DNA of 64,000 nt from Acidobacteriota bacterium (GTDB lineage: Bacteria > Acidobacteriota > UBA6911): contig OY761556.1 in NCBI GenBank assembly GCA_963664705.1, forward strand, positions 1,568,001-1,632,000. The letters run 5' to 3'. Below the pieces are notes generated by a model. It was not told the origin of the DNA. It was given only the letters and a program-made list of their open reading frames with translations, and searched no databases. Below, piece by piece: positions 41,932 to 51,873 of the stretch. Within the stretch, counting starts at the first letter, position 1; each line of letters starts with the position of its first letter. Made by a program: the position numbers and the translations under genes.

Positions 41932-43860
41932 ATGGCAGCCGGTGCACTTAGCAAGGTCATCGAGGTTGACGATTCGAAATGTGTGAATTGTCATACATGC
42001 ATTTCAGTTTGCCCCGTTAAATATTGCAATGATGGCAGCGGCGATACGATCCGCCTGAATGATTCGACCTGCATCGGTTGTGGTGAGTGCCTGTCGGCCT
42101 GCACGCATGGTGCCCGGATGCCCAAAGACGACCTGCCCGCGTTCCTCGATGCTGCGAAGCGCCGTGAACGAATGGTCGCGATTGCCGCGCCTGCTGTGAT
42201 TTCATCATTTCCCAACCGACATCTCAACCTCAATGGCTGGCTCAAGACAATGGGTGTTGAGGCTGTGTTTGATGTGAGCTTCGGTGCCGAATTGACAATC
42301 CGTTCCTACCTGGAGCATCTGCAGAAGAACCAACCTAAATGCATCATTGCGCAGCCGTGCCCGGCGCTTGTCACTTACATCGAAATGTATCGGCCGGAAC
42401 TCCTCAAATACCTGGCGCCTGCAGATAGTCCGATGCTGCATGCACTGAAGATGATCGACCGCTTCTACCCGCAGTACAAAGGTTACCGAAAACTGATCAT
42501 ATCGCCGTGCGTCGCCAAGAAGCGCGAATTCGATGAGGTCGGAATCGGTGATTATAATGTCACGATGTTGGCGCTGCAGGAGCACTTTGATGCTGCGCGG
42601 ATCGACCTGGGGTCATTCTCCGCGATCGATTATGCAAACCCGCCGGCTGAGCGGGCAGTCCTGTTCTCGACACCGGGCGGTCTGCAGCGAACGGCGGAAC
42701 GCTGGAATCCAAAACTGCGAAATGCCATCCGGAAGATTGAGGGGCCACACACGGTCTACCACTACCTCGACCATTTGGACGAGATGGTTCGCCAGGGCAA
42801 GGCGCCCGTCGTCATTGATTGTCTGAATTGCGAGATGGGGTGCAATGGCGGGACTGGCACCGGCCTTCGCTCCAAGTCGCCCGACGAGGTCGAATTCCAC
42901 GTGGAGGAGCGCAATAAAAAGATGCAGGCGCTTCACAAAAAACGCGGAATGATGAGTGTCCGTTCGACCAAGAACACGATTGAAGCGCTTGTCAACAAAT
43001 ACTGGGAGCCGGGACTCTACGACAGAAAATACGTACAACGATCGGATGCCTTCAGGATAAAGGTTCCAAACCAGGTTGAGCTCAGGAAAGTATATGAGCT
43101 GATGGGCAAATATGGAGAGGAACACCTGTACAATTGTTCATCGTGCGGCTACAACTCCTGCGAGAAGATGGCGACGGCCATTTTCAATGGGCTGAACAAG
43201 GCGGAAAACTGTCATCACTTCCTCAAAAGCGAGCACGAAAAAATTGTCGCGAGAACAGAGTTGGCTGTGAAGGAACGCACGGCCGATCTCGAGGATGTAT
43301 TCCAACGGCAGAAGACCATGACGGAAAACCTCGGCGAGCGGCTGGGCATGGTTGCCAGCGCGGCTGAGGAAATGACTGCGACGATCAGTGAAATTGCGAG
43401 CAACTCCGAGCGGGCTCGGGGTATTACCGGCGGGGCAGTGGATGAGGCCGGCTCGGTGTCCGCGTTGGTGAAGGAGTTGAGTGCTGCTGCGACCCAGATT
43501 GGCCAGGTAACAGAAGCTATCTCGGAGATCTCCGCGCAAACAAATCTCCTGGCTTTGAATGCCACCATCGAGGCAGCGCGAGCCGGAGCCGCGGGGAAAG
43601 GATTTTCGGTGGTAGCCAGCGAAATCAAAGACCTGGCGACACAGACATCCACGGCGGCACAGGATATCAAGAATCGCATAGCCGGAATTCAAACCTCTAC
43701 TCGGGACGTGATGGGTGGGATTGAAGGAATTAACCATGCCATTTTTGATATCAATTCGGTTGTAAGCTCGATTTCCGACGCTATCCAGCAGCAGTCGACC
43801 GCTACCAAGAGCATTGCCGAAAACATCACCGAGGCTTCGCATGAGGTCAAGAGGATCTAG
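41932..43860 (+). CDS. [FeFe]-hydrogenase-like (group C, sensory) protein fused to a methyl-accepting chemotaxis domain
   Basis: Two CxxCxxCxxxC ferredoxin motifs; H-cluster-type motifs [15 protein letters not shown] and [11 protein letters not shown]; CSSCGYNSC FeS domain; MCP signature [31 protein letters not shown]. No TM segment. Confidence 0.9.
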   Translation: MAAGALSKVIEVDDSKCVNCHTCISVCPVKYCNDGSGDTIRLNDSTCIGCGECLSACTHGARMPKDDLPAFLDAAKRRERMVAIAAPAVISSFPNRHLNLNGWLKTMGVEAVFDVSFGAELTIRSYLEHLQKNQPKCIIAQPCPALVTYIEMYRPELLKYLAPADSPMLHALKMIDRFYPQYKGYRKLIISPCVAKKREFDEVGIGDYNVTMLALQEHFDAARIDLGSFSAIDYANPPAERAVLFSTPGGLQRTAERWNPKLRNAIRKIEGPHTVYHYLDHLDEMVRQGKAPVVIDCLNCEMGCNGGTGTGLRSKSPDEVEFHVEERNKKMQALHKKRGMMSVRSTKNTIEALVNKYWEPGLYDRKYVQRSDAFRIKVPNQVELRKVYELMGKYGEEHLYNCSSCGYNSCEKMATAIFNGLNKAENCHHFLKSEHEKIVARTELAVKERTADLEDVFQRQKTMTENLGERLGMVASAAEEMTATISEIASNSERARGITGGAVDEAGSVSALVKELSAAATQIGQVTEAISEISAQTNLLALNATIEAARAGAAGKGFSVVASEIKDLATQTSTAAQDIKNRIAGIQTSTRDVMGGIEGINHAIFDINSVVSSISDAIQQQSTATKSIAENITEASHEVKRI

Positions 43861-44112
43861 CAGCCTTCCGTTGTGTATAGGATCCGATTTCGATGTGGTC
43901 CCGATTGACAGCGGCGTCCATTGGAGGTATGGAATATGGATGCACTTACCACACCCAGGATCCCGTAGCCGATAGATAACGTTCCGGTCCAAATCCCTCG
44001 TTCCGCTTTCCGCGCCATTAGGAAAACAAAGCGCGGCTAATTCCCACGTTGCGCGGCAAACCTGCAAGCAAAACCGCATTACGAAACGACCACTCTAACA
44101 GGAGGGAAGACC

Positions 44113-44886
44113 ATGTATCCTGATCGCTTTGCCCATGGATTAAGAATAGGATTCTGGCTGTTGCTGCTGATTACCGCATGGGTCAGTTTTGGAATGGCAC
44201 AAACCGCAGCTCAAACACCCCAGGCCTCCCGGATGACCGAACTGGATATAAGGAGCGGGATGGGACCGGAGTTTGAGAAGTTTTTGAAAACTGATTTTGT
44301 TCCCGCGTTGAAAAAGGCCGGAGTAAAGGACCTTAGCGTATTTAAGACGGCGGTCTTTGGACCGGCAAACCGATACATATTGACTTCACCCATAACGGGC
44401 CTGTCGGAACTGGATAACCCGAATCCCCTCGTTAAGGCAATCGGGCAGGACGGCGTGAGCAATTTGATGGTCAAGATGCAACAATTCGCTGAAAGCGCGC
44501 GCAATGCAACGTTCGTAAGCGTGCCGAACCTGGCGATTGATCCTCCGGCCGGCTATGCCGGCACGATTGGCTTTGAAGTAAAGATGGCTATAGCTCCGGG
44601 CCACGATGTGGATTACTTCAAAAATGCAAAGGCAGCAATGGATGTGGTCCGGAAGACCAATGCCAAAGGCGCGTACGCGATACGCATGGGTCTGGGCGGC
44701 AATCCAAACGAATTTCGCATTCTTGTACTGCTTGATTCTTTCGCTGACATGGAAAAATTCGGACAGTCGTTCGGGAAGCTGGCGACCGAGGCCAAGCTTG
44801 CTCCTATGACGGATGTCGTAACGCATGTCGAATATGCCATCTTCCGGTATCTCCCGGAGTTGAGCATTGCCGCCCCTGCTCAATAG
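44113..44886 (+). CDS. Secreted hypothetical protein (NIPSNAP-like duplicated alpha/beta barrel suspected)
   Basis: GGAGGG RBS and signal peptide; two similar halves (IRSGMGPEFEKF / IAPGHDVDYFK). Confidence 0.7.
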   Translation: MYPDRFAHGLRIGFWLLLLITAWVSFGMAQTAAQTPQASRMTELDIRSGMGPEFEKFLKTDFVPALKKAGVKDLSVFKTAVFGPANRYILTSPITGLSELDNPNPLVKAIGQDGVSNLMVKMQQFAESARNATFVSVPNLAIDPPAGYAGTIGFEVKMAIAPGHDVDYFKNAKAAMDVVRKTNAKGAYAIRMGLGGNPNEFRILVLLDSFADMEKFGQSFGKLATEAKLAPMTDVVTHVEYAIFRYLPELSIAAPAQ

Positions 44887-44902
44887 TTGCGGCTCGGGGC
44901 CT

Positions 44903-45231
44903 ACTGGGCGCCGCCGTCCCGGCGTCATCAACACTATTGAAGTGGCCACGCTCTTGCCGGCGAGACGGCTAGTGCCGCATATTATTTGTTCTACGCCCTG
45001 CGATGCGATTCCTTGCTGGGTCGAATCCAATCCAGCCCCGGCAGGGGCGATCAGCAAGTAGCCAGGGGTGAAGCGTAGCGAACCCCTGGTAAAGATAAGC
45101 GCTAGAAAGAGCCCTGAAAGGGCGAAAGATCGGCGCCTTCTGCCCCCCCTTCGGGGCTGTTGTTTCACTTGGGTCGCAGGGCCTGGAGCAAATAGTATAT
45201 GCGGCATAAGCCGGGACGGCGGCGCTCCCGG
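44903..45231. repeat. REP-like palindrome cluster (copy 3)
   Basis: TAGCCAGGGGTGAAGCGTAGCGAACCCCTGG core, flanked by inverted GGGCGCCGCCGTCCCGGC / GCCGGGACGGCGGCGCTCCC, between convergent genes. Confidence 0.75.
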
Positions 45232-45233
45232 TG

Positions 45234-46892
45234 CTAGCGCCAGTCGTCGATGCGTGTAGCCCCTCCCAGCATATTGCTTTTTCCCAGCATGAAGTCTGTC
45301 ACAAACCAGGTGGTCTGGATTCCACCTCCGGCCACAACAATATTGACTGAGGATGCCTGACTGAATGCCTTTGTCTTCTCCCCTGAAGGGTACTGAGTTT
45401 TTTCGACATTTTCTGCAAACCACTTGTTCAGCTGGTCTTTCGTTTTGAAACCCAGGCTGTCCTTGAGAAGCGCGGCAACAGATGGATCCATAATGACGGT
45501 GGCCGAACCCATGGTCAGCGCCTGCATTTCATCGGCCATCACCAAATGAGCGGGATGGTCGCGCACTGCCATCACTACACTGGAAATATAGGTCCAGCCG
45601 ACGCCCACGGTAATCACGCTCTCGTTTGGCTTAAACCCCATCTGCACATGTAGAGGCTGCCAGCCTTCGGGCAGGCCCTTCTCATTTTCCGCAATGCAGA
45701 CGTTGTTGTATTGCATGGTGCTTCCCAGGCTGCTCCAGGTCGTTTTTTCGCTGTGCAAACCTCCGATGGTTTTCGACATCAGAGTGTAGGCGCGGCCAAT
45801 AACCGCATTTGCTTCATTATGCGGCCCCATGACGTTGGTGCCGTAATTCATTCCTATTTCGTCGCGAATGGGCCCGTTGACCACAATAATGTTCGCCATA
45901 GAGGATGTGGAATTTCCAAACGGTATGTGGTTGGCCAGGGCGAGGATCACCGGCAGATACTCACGTTTGGCGCCGGCCATTACGGCGCAGGTTGCCACCC
46001 TTTCCACGGTAACTTCACGTTTGCCTCCCGGCCAATCCAAGGTCTTGATGACTTCCGTTGGCTTATGCGATGTGCCTTTCAGCATGTCCGCCACGCGTTC
46101 TTCAGTCGGGAGAACGATAGGAAGGTAGTCGGTCCAGTCCTGGTCCTTGAAGAAACGCTGCAGGTTCTCTTCTGTATCCGGCCCGAGGAATCTGGATTCG
46201 GATGGCGAGGGTTCCGGCGCTGGTCCTTTGTATTTTTCTCTCTCGGTCAGTGGGAGGGTCAGTGCGTCGATGAAAGCCTGCATCATCGGTTTTCCGCTTA
46301 CAACGTCCCTGGCCTCAAATACATATTTGTGGTGAACCGATTGCGGCTGCCCGGCCACCGGGAACGGAAACGAAATAAATCGGATGGGTGATCCGTTGGT
46401 ATACAGGAAGTCGTGCCCCTGGGCATATTTGATGATGTTGGATGCTGCGCCTCCGACGGTGGGGATGTGAAAGTTTTGTTCCAGGGTTTTGCAGTTTCGG
46501 CTCACGGCCGATGTGCAGCTGTCTCAACCCGATATTCCGATCATGGCTGCCTGGCCTTTCTCTGAGATTTCCTTCCAGAGTTCGGGCTGATCCTGCATGT
46601 AGGAGCCCTTGATGGTTCGGATCTCCACTTTCACGCTCGGCATATTCTGGGCAAACCAGGTCTTCATCTCCGCATAGATGCTGGGGGCTGCCTGGGGGCC
46701 TCCCCAGCCGATATCCACGAGATAGATGGTTTTTCCTTCCAGCGTACTGAGTCTCGGGGTTAGCGGAACTCGATCCACCATTCTATTCGGCGGCGTCGGA
46801 TTCAATACCCTCAATTTTTCCGCACAATATGCGGTGGAATATAAAGCGAGAAGAAGAATGACTGAGGCCGCGGGCCCTATCTTTTTTATCAA
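45234..46892 (-). CDS. UGSC-family-like selenoprotein (U-D-S-C), ~552 aa via UGA recoding at 46524-46526
   Basis: ORFs 46524..46892 and 45234..46505 are in the same frame, joined by GGT-TGA-GAC-AGC-TGC-ACA (G-U-D-S-C-T). The N-part is thioredoxin-like (PRLSTLEGKTIYLVD). The C-part has WTDYLPIVLPTEERV, AVMAGA and ANAVIGRA. TTG start with GGAGGT RBS. Confidence 0.85.
46490..46517 (-). promoter_or_regulatory. Bacterial SECIS-like hairpin
   Basis: After the UGA the mRNA reads TGCA-CA-TCGGC-CGTGA-GCCGA-AAC-TGCA. The apical loop begins 17 nt after the UGA and has G at position 2. Confidence 0.6.
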
Positions 46893-47097
46893 ATTGCACC
46901 TCCGCTTTTAAGGCTGCTAATGCGTTAAAGGAATTGGAGTGGTTCCTGCCTGTCCTGGCGCAACTGTAGTGAATCCTGATCGTGAAATACAAGCGAAATG
47001 ATAGGGGTAATGAAGCAGTAAGACCGGCATGGCAAGGTATGGTGCAAAGAATCTGCTCATTCCTTTGCCGGGAAGACTGTGAAGGGAATCCTGGCGC

Positions 47098-47140
47098 CCC
47101 AAGCGCATCCGGGACGGTCGAAGTCCCAAATGCGCTTGGG
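47098..47140. terminator. Strong hairpin just downstream of the cusB-like gene
   Basis: CCCAAGCGCAT-CC-GGGAC-loop-GTCCC-AA-ATGCGCTTGGG; no clear U-tract. Confidence 0.45.
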
Positions 47141-47149
47141 TGGTATAGT

Positions 47150-48625
47150 CTATTTCATCGATTCGGAAGCAATTTGGTAATGGCGCCTTGACGGATCCTT
47201 TTGAAATTTATCCATGCAGTATTGGGAGCAGAAATAATAGGTCCGGCCTTGATAGGCGATTTTCCGATCCATGGCCTTTGCCGGGTCCACCTGCATGCCG
47301 CAAACAGGATCGGTGGCGCCTGCCGGTTCGGGCATCGGCTCCATGGCTGCGGCTCTGAGCCGGCTTTCCGAGTCGATCAGGAAATTGCCTGAAACAACGA
47401 TCTGTTCACCCGGCATCAACCCATTGGTAATTTCAATGAGATCTCCCATGCGCCATCCTGTCTCCACCCGTCGCGATTCAAAATGACCGTCGCCGCGAGA
47501 TACAAATACTGTTTTGCTGCGGCCCGTATCCAGAACGGCGACAGAAGGAATCGCAATGGTTGGAGGGTAGTGTACCGGGAGTTCCACATTCGCAAACATA
47601 TCGGGGCGAAGCCGGAATCCAGGATTATCGGCTTCGAGTCGGACTTTCAAAGTCCTGGTAATCGGATCGAATTGCGGAAGGATATTCGTTACCCTGGCGC
47701 TGACGCTCGTGCCCTGATTCGGAAGATATATTTTGACAATTTCTCCCGGCCGCAGGTGTCTTTCCTCGTTTTCAAATATATCCACAAGGATCCATACGCG
47801 GCTCAGGTCGGAAATGCGATACAGCTCATCCCCTTTGTTGAAGCGCTGGCCGTCGCTCACCTTGCGGGTCAGGATGAAACCTTCTGCCGGGGAGGTGATC
47901 TCTACCTTTTCCTCGAACTGGCGGGTGTCCGCGATCTGCTGGATCTGCCGCGCCCCCATCCCGAGATTGCGCAGAGCGGCCTTGTACTGCTGCAATGTTT
48001 GATTGAATTGAGCGATCTGGTCTTTTTGAACAGGATTCTCCTTTCCCGTCGTTTGAATCCGGTCCATGGAACTGAGGCCGTAAAGGAGGGACTGTACGCC
48101 GGCGAGAAATTCAGGGCTGAAAAACGTTGCCAGGACTTCGTTCTTGCGCACAAAGCTGCCGGTTGAATTGGGCATCGTGGAGGTGATCCAACCATCCACG
48201 GTGGCGTTAATCACATAGGTTCGAGTCTCATCCGGAGCAACGCGGCCTACGGCCCGCAGTGTGTTGGTGCCGCTGGATCGCTCGACCGTTGCCAGGCGAA
48301 CGCCAATGAGCTGCTGTTTTGCCAGGCTGATATGAAGGGCAGGCGGATCCAGTTCTTTGCCGTCATTGGCAACCGGATTATCCTCCGAATCATCCTTTTC
48401 CATGGGCACGAGACGCATGCCGCAGGATGGACAATCGCCGGCCTTGTCGGAAGTGTATTGCGGATGCATGGGGCAGGCGTAGCGGAGCATTTTTTGCCCA
48501 ACCGAAGCGGACACAGCTTCTCCACTGTTTTTACTCCTGTACCAAACTCCTGCATAAAATGCAGCCATGACAATTAGGACCAGAATTGCTATTTTTGCGG
48601 CTTTCATTGCAGCTCCTGCTGACAA
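47150..48625 (-). CDS. CusB-like RND efflux periplasmic adaptor with heavy-metal-binding and YHS domains
   Basis: YACPMHP...CPSCGMRL, LRPDMFA, SGNFLIDSES and C-terminal YHS DPVCGM...YYFCS. Confidence 0.92.
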   Translation of the reverse strand: MSAGAAMKAAKIAILVLIVMAAFYAGVWYRSKNSGEAVSASVGQKMLRYACPMHPQYTSDKAGDCPSCGMRLVPMEKDDSEDNPVANDGKELDPPALHISLAKQQLIGVRLATVERSSGTNTLRAVGRVAPDETRTYVINATVDGWITSTMPNSTGSFVRKNEVLATFFSPEFLAGVQSLLYGLSSMDRIQTTGKENPVQKDQIAQFNQTLQQYKAALRNLGMGARQIQQIADTRQFEEKVEITSPAEGFILTRKVSDGQRFNKGDELYRISDLSRVWILVDIFENEERHLRPGEIVKIYLPNQGTSVSARVTNILPQFDPITRTLKVRLEADNPGFRLRPDMFANVELPVHYPPTIAIPSVAVLDTGRSKTVFVSRGDGHFESRRVETGWRMGDLIEITNGLMPGEQIVVSGNFLIDSESRLRAAAMEPMPEPAGATDPVCGMQVDPAKAMDRKIAYQGRTYYFCSQYCMDKFQKDPSRRHYQIASESMK

Positions 48626-48711
48626 ATCGGTTGGGGGATCCCTTCACCAGCAATCTGTCCCGGAGATCTGCGAGTCGGGACAGATTGGGTGAGGGGAAAA
48701 AGATGGCCAAG

Positions 48712-50796
48712 CTATTTCACAATCAATGGCCGCATCATGTCATGCTCCTCATGTTCCAGGATATGGCAATGATAGACATACTCATGCCCGCCTGTTCTCG
48801 GGCTTTGAGGTACGACAAAGGGAACGGCAGGCAGGTCGAATTTTGCAATCACCGTGATGACTTCACCAGGATTCATCTTGATGGTTTCCTTCCAGCCCAC
48901 TTCATCCGGTTCCGGGCCACGGGCCGCACCGCTGGGTGTCAGCACACCGCTTACCTGTTTGAACGGTTGACGAGAGAGCACCTGCATGTTGACCAGGTGG
49001 AAGTGGATCGGATGCGTATCGGCCGTTAGATTGAAAATCCGCCACGCCTCGGTACTTCCGGCTGCCACAACTTCCGTCGGCGGATCGGCATAGGGAATCC
49101 CGAATCCAAAAGCAGTTGGTGCCATAGTTCCGATCATTTGGATGAGACGACCGTAGGAATCAAACGCTTCATTCAATGTCAGCTGTCTGGTTGGAATACC
49201 AGCCGGAACGGCAAGCGGAGGAATGGGCGCCACTGTTGTGGTATAGGGTACCAGCGGCTGCGGATCGAGATTCAGCGGATTCAGAATCGGGCCTGCCGGC
49301 TGTGGATCAGGCGTTATCGCCGGAACGACCTTGATCCGGACCACATTCCGAGTATCCGGCCCCGTGCTCGGCAATGGCTGGATGGGATTGTGAGCATTGC
49401 CCAGATAGTAATCGTTGGTGGGAGCCCCACCGGGGAATGGAGCCGGGGCATCGTTGTAAAGCATGAACTCCTGGCCAGCCTTGCCGGTGAAATCAATAAT
49501 GATGTCGGCTCTTTCTGCCGGCGCCATCAACAGGTTTCCGGTGAAGGTCGCGGGGTTCGCCGGCAAGCCGTTTGGATGGGTTGTTTCGGTCAGCAGGAAT
49601 CCTGCTTCATTTCCGATGTGGATGATCTGCGGTCCTATCGGTGTACCCTTGGCGGCAAATCCGGTTTGAGGATCCGTGACGACATCCGCCCCTGTGGCTA
49701 CCCGGAACAGGTTGAGGTTCAGAACGCGCGCATTACAGGCATTGAGGAGCAGGAATCGATAGCGCTTGGCCTCAACTGTGATCAATGGGTACACGGTCCC
49801 GTTTGTCAGCATCGTGTCACCATAGAATTCGGGGATGCAGGAGGGATCCGGAGGTGTAATTGTCTTCTTGCCGTTAAATAAACGATATAGCCTTGGATCA
49901 TAAATATGCGCATACCACAGACTGCCGATTCCTTGGACGCCGGGTTTCATAATGGTCGCCCAGGAGGGATCCGTAACAGGCGTTGTTGCGCTGACAAAGA
50001 TCTTGTCCTGGAAGACAAGCGGGATGGTGCTGGCCATACCAGGGATTTTGCCCGCCGCTACATAGGCATCGTTGACCGCATCAAGGATAAGATAAGCGGT
50101 GGCAATTCCGGCATAGGCATTGGTGCGTGTTATGCCATGGGCATGGTCGTGATACCACAAAAGCCGGGCACTCTGGTTGTTCGGATAGAAATAATCGGCT
50201 TGTCCAGGGACCATCGGCTGCAGCGTGATATTGTCAAAAACGCTTTTGGGGCCATTGGAGAAGCTGGGGCCTCCCAGGCCGTTCGGATCAAACCATTCAA
50301 AGGGACCTCCATCACTGAGCCAGGGTACAAATCCGCCATGAATATGGGTCGCGATGCGATTGGTGGACAATCCATCGCTGGGCATGAGCTGAGTGGCATC
50401 AACCGGAATAATCGGCTGACTGGGAAGGGAATTGGTGAAACGAATTCTAGATGCCGTGCCGCGCCTGGCGAGAATAAAGCCGCCCAGGTGGGTTTTGACG
50501 GGGTTGGTTGTATCCCAATAACCCCATAGCCTTGTGGGGGGAAGTGAAGGATGCAACTGGTCTGTGAATTCGCCAACGGTAACCTGATAATAGCTGGTGC
50601 CGGGGAATACTGGATCGGGGGCAGGATTCAGAATGGGAATTCCCCCGGGCCCAATGCCACGGAGCGGCTGGATCCACTTCGTCAGATTCCCGCTGTTTGC
50701 AAAGGCACAAGCTTCGCGGAGGGCAGCCCGATAAGCCAGAATGCCCGCTGTGCCAATTGCTGCGGTTTTTACAAAATCACGTCGTGTTAGGTGCAT
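48712..50796 (-). CDS. Tat-exported multicopper oxidase (CotA/bilirubin-oxidase-like)
   Basis: TRRDFVK Tat motif; Cu motifs HIHG, WYHDH, HPIHFH and HCHILEHEEHDMM. Confidence 0.95.
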   Translation of the reverse strand: MHLTRRDFVKTAAIGTAGILAYRAALREACAFANSGNLTKWIQPLRGIGPGGIPILNPAPDPVFPGTSYYQVTVGEFTDQLHPSLPPTRLWGYWDTTNPVKTHLGGFILARRGTASRIRFTNSLPSQPIIPVDATQLMPSDGLSTNRIATHIHGGFVPWLSDGGPFEWFDPNGLGGPSFSNGPKSVFDNITLQPMVPGQADYFYPNNQSARLLWYHDHAHGITRTNAYAGIATAYLILDAVNDAYVAAGKIPGMASTIPLVFQDKIFVSATTPVTDPSWATIMKPGVQGIGSLWYAHIYDPRLYRLFNGKKTITPPDPSCIPEFYGDTMLTNGTVYPLITVEAKRYRFLLLNACNARVLNLNLFRVATGADVVTDPQTGFAAKGTPIGPQIIHIGNEAGFLLTETTHPNGLPANPATFTGNLLMAPAERADIIIDFTGKAGQEFMLYNDAPAPFPGGAPTNDYYLGNAHNPIQPLPSTGPDTRNVVRIKVVPAITPDPQPAGPILNPLNLDPQPLVPYTTTVAPIPPLAVPAGIPTRQLTLNEAFDSYGRLIQMIGTMAPTAFGFGIPYADPPTEVVAAGSTEAWRIFNLTADTHPIHFHLVNMQVLSRQPFKQVSGVLTPSGAARGPEPDEVGWKETIKMNPGEVITVIAKFDLPAVPFVVPQSPRTGGHEYVYHCHILEHEEHDMMRPLIVK

Positions 50797-51129
50797 AAAT
50801 AATGTCTCCCGGAGCGTCAGCCATCCATTTGGGACAGCTGGGCGATGAACTGCTGTAAGCTTGTGGATACTTTATAGGGGGGCGAGACCTATCTTGTAGC
50901 AATGGTTATATTTCAAAATTCGGCGCAATTCGATTACGCGGATTACTCAATTTGTACTGCGCATAATTACCCAGCAGGGCGCGGGGAGCGCCGCCGTTCC
51001 GGCTAATGCTGCAAAGGATTCCAGATTTCAGATTCCAAATTCCAGACCAAAGCTGAGGAGTATTCACTCGGAGCGCGGGCGTCCCTGTGGCATCAGCGCC
51101 ACAGAAGCGGCGAATGGATGTCGCCTCAG

Positions 51130-51846
51130 CTATTTTGAGCCTTGGTCCAATCCCGAGAGATGCAGGCGAAGGGGAGGGAGGAGGGAATAGAGGCTTATGG
51201 TGGCAATGATACCGGCGAGGCCGCCAATTCCGCCCCAGAACGCTCCCCATAGAATCTGATGATCGGGCATCGATTGCCAGAGGTTGATCAATGGAAACGC
51301 TACACCTTCATAAATTCCCAGGCACAGACTTAAAGGCAGCCAGCGTAGGCCTCTTAGCCGCATGGGTGCATCTGCAATCAGGGTGATGGAGGCAAACGGC
51401 ATCCATCGCGCGGCAATCGCATACATGGTTCCAATTACCAGCGTGGGAACCACGAGAGATACAAAACCCTTGGCTGCTCCGTCGGCCCAATAGTTTGCCA
51501 ACATGCTAACGGGAAGAATCCGTTGGACCGCAAAAATTCCGGCCAGAAAGAAGCCGCCCCAAAGTGAAGCCATCGCAATCGGGATCCGAATCAGCCGCTG
51601 CCCCTGGATATGGAAATGCATTCGAGGCAGGAAGCGATTTAAGATCAGGAGCAGACCCGCGGTGGCAACCATGCCAGCCAGCCAGCCATGCCAGGGAGCC
51701 TTGGGCGCTTCCGCGGATGCTCTGAGATGAAGAAGGACAACTAATGGTACGGCAAGAACTTCCAAGATCGGAATGATCCAGAATAAATGCGGCGAGATCG
51801 TGCTCAACTCAATTAAGAGATTATTATTTTGTATGCTTTTATCCAT
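51130..51846 (-). CDS. Hypothetical integral membrane protein
   Basis: About 6 hydrophobic segments; no recognisable motif. Confidence 0.6.
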   Translation of the reverse strand: MDKSIQNNNLLIELSTISPHLFWIIPILEVLAVPLVVLLHLRASAEAPKAPWHGWLAGMVATAGLLLILNRFLPRMHFHIQGQRLIRIPIAMASLWGGFFLAGIFAVQRILPVSMLANYWADGAAKGFVSLVVPTLVIGTMYAIAARWMPFASITLIADAPMRLRGLRWLPLSLCLGIYEGVAFPLINLWQSMPDHQILWGAFWGGIGGLAGIIATISLYSLLPPLRLHLSGLDQGSK

Positions 51847-51873
51847 TGTGTTCCTGTGTATAATGCGCGCGCT

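Noticed and set aside
41932-43860. Catalytic H2-evolving group A hydrogenase
   Set aside because: The altered motif 1 (AQPCP) and the MCP fusion point to a sensory protein.
43138-45423. Antisense ORFs 43138..44079 and 44386..45423
   Set aside because: They overlap better-supported genes and run through REP-like palindromes.
45234-46892. Pseudogene with a nonsense mutation, or two separate genes
   Set aside because: The stop is TGA at the first position of a UxxC motif with a SECIS-like hairpin, and the second ORF has no evident RBS.
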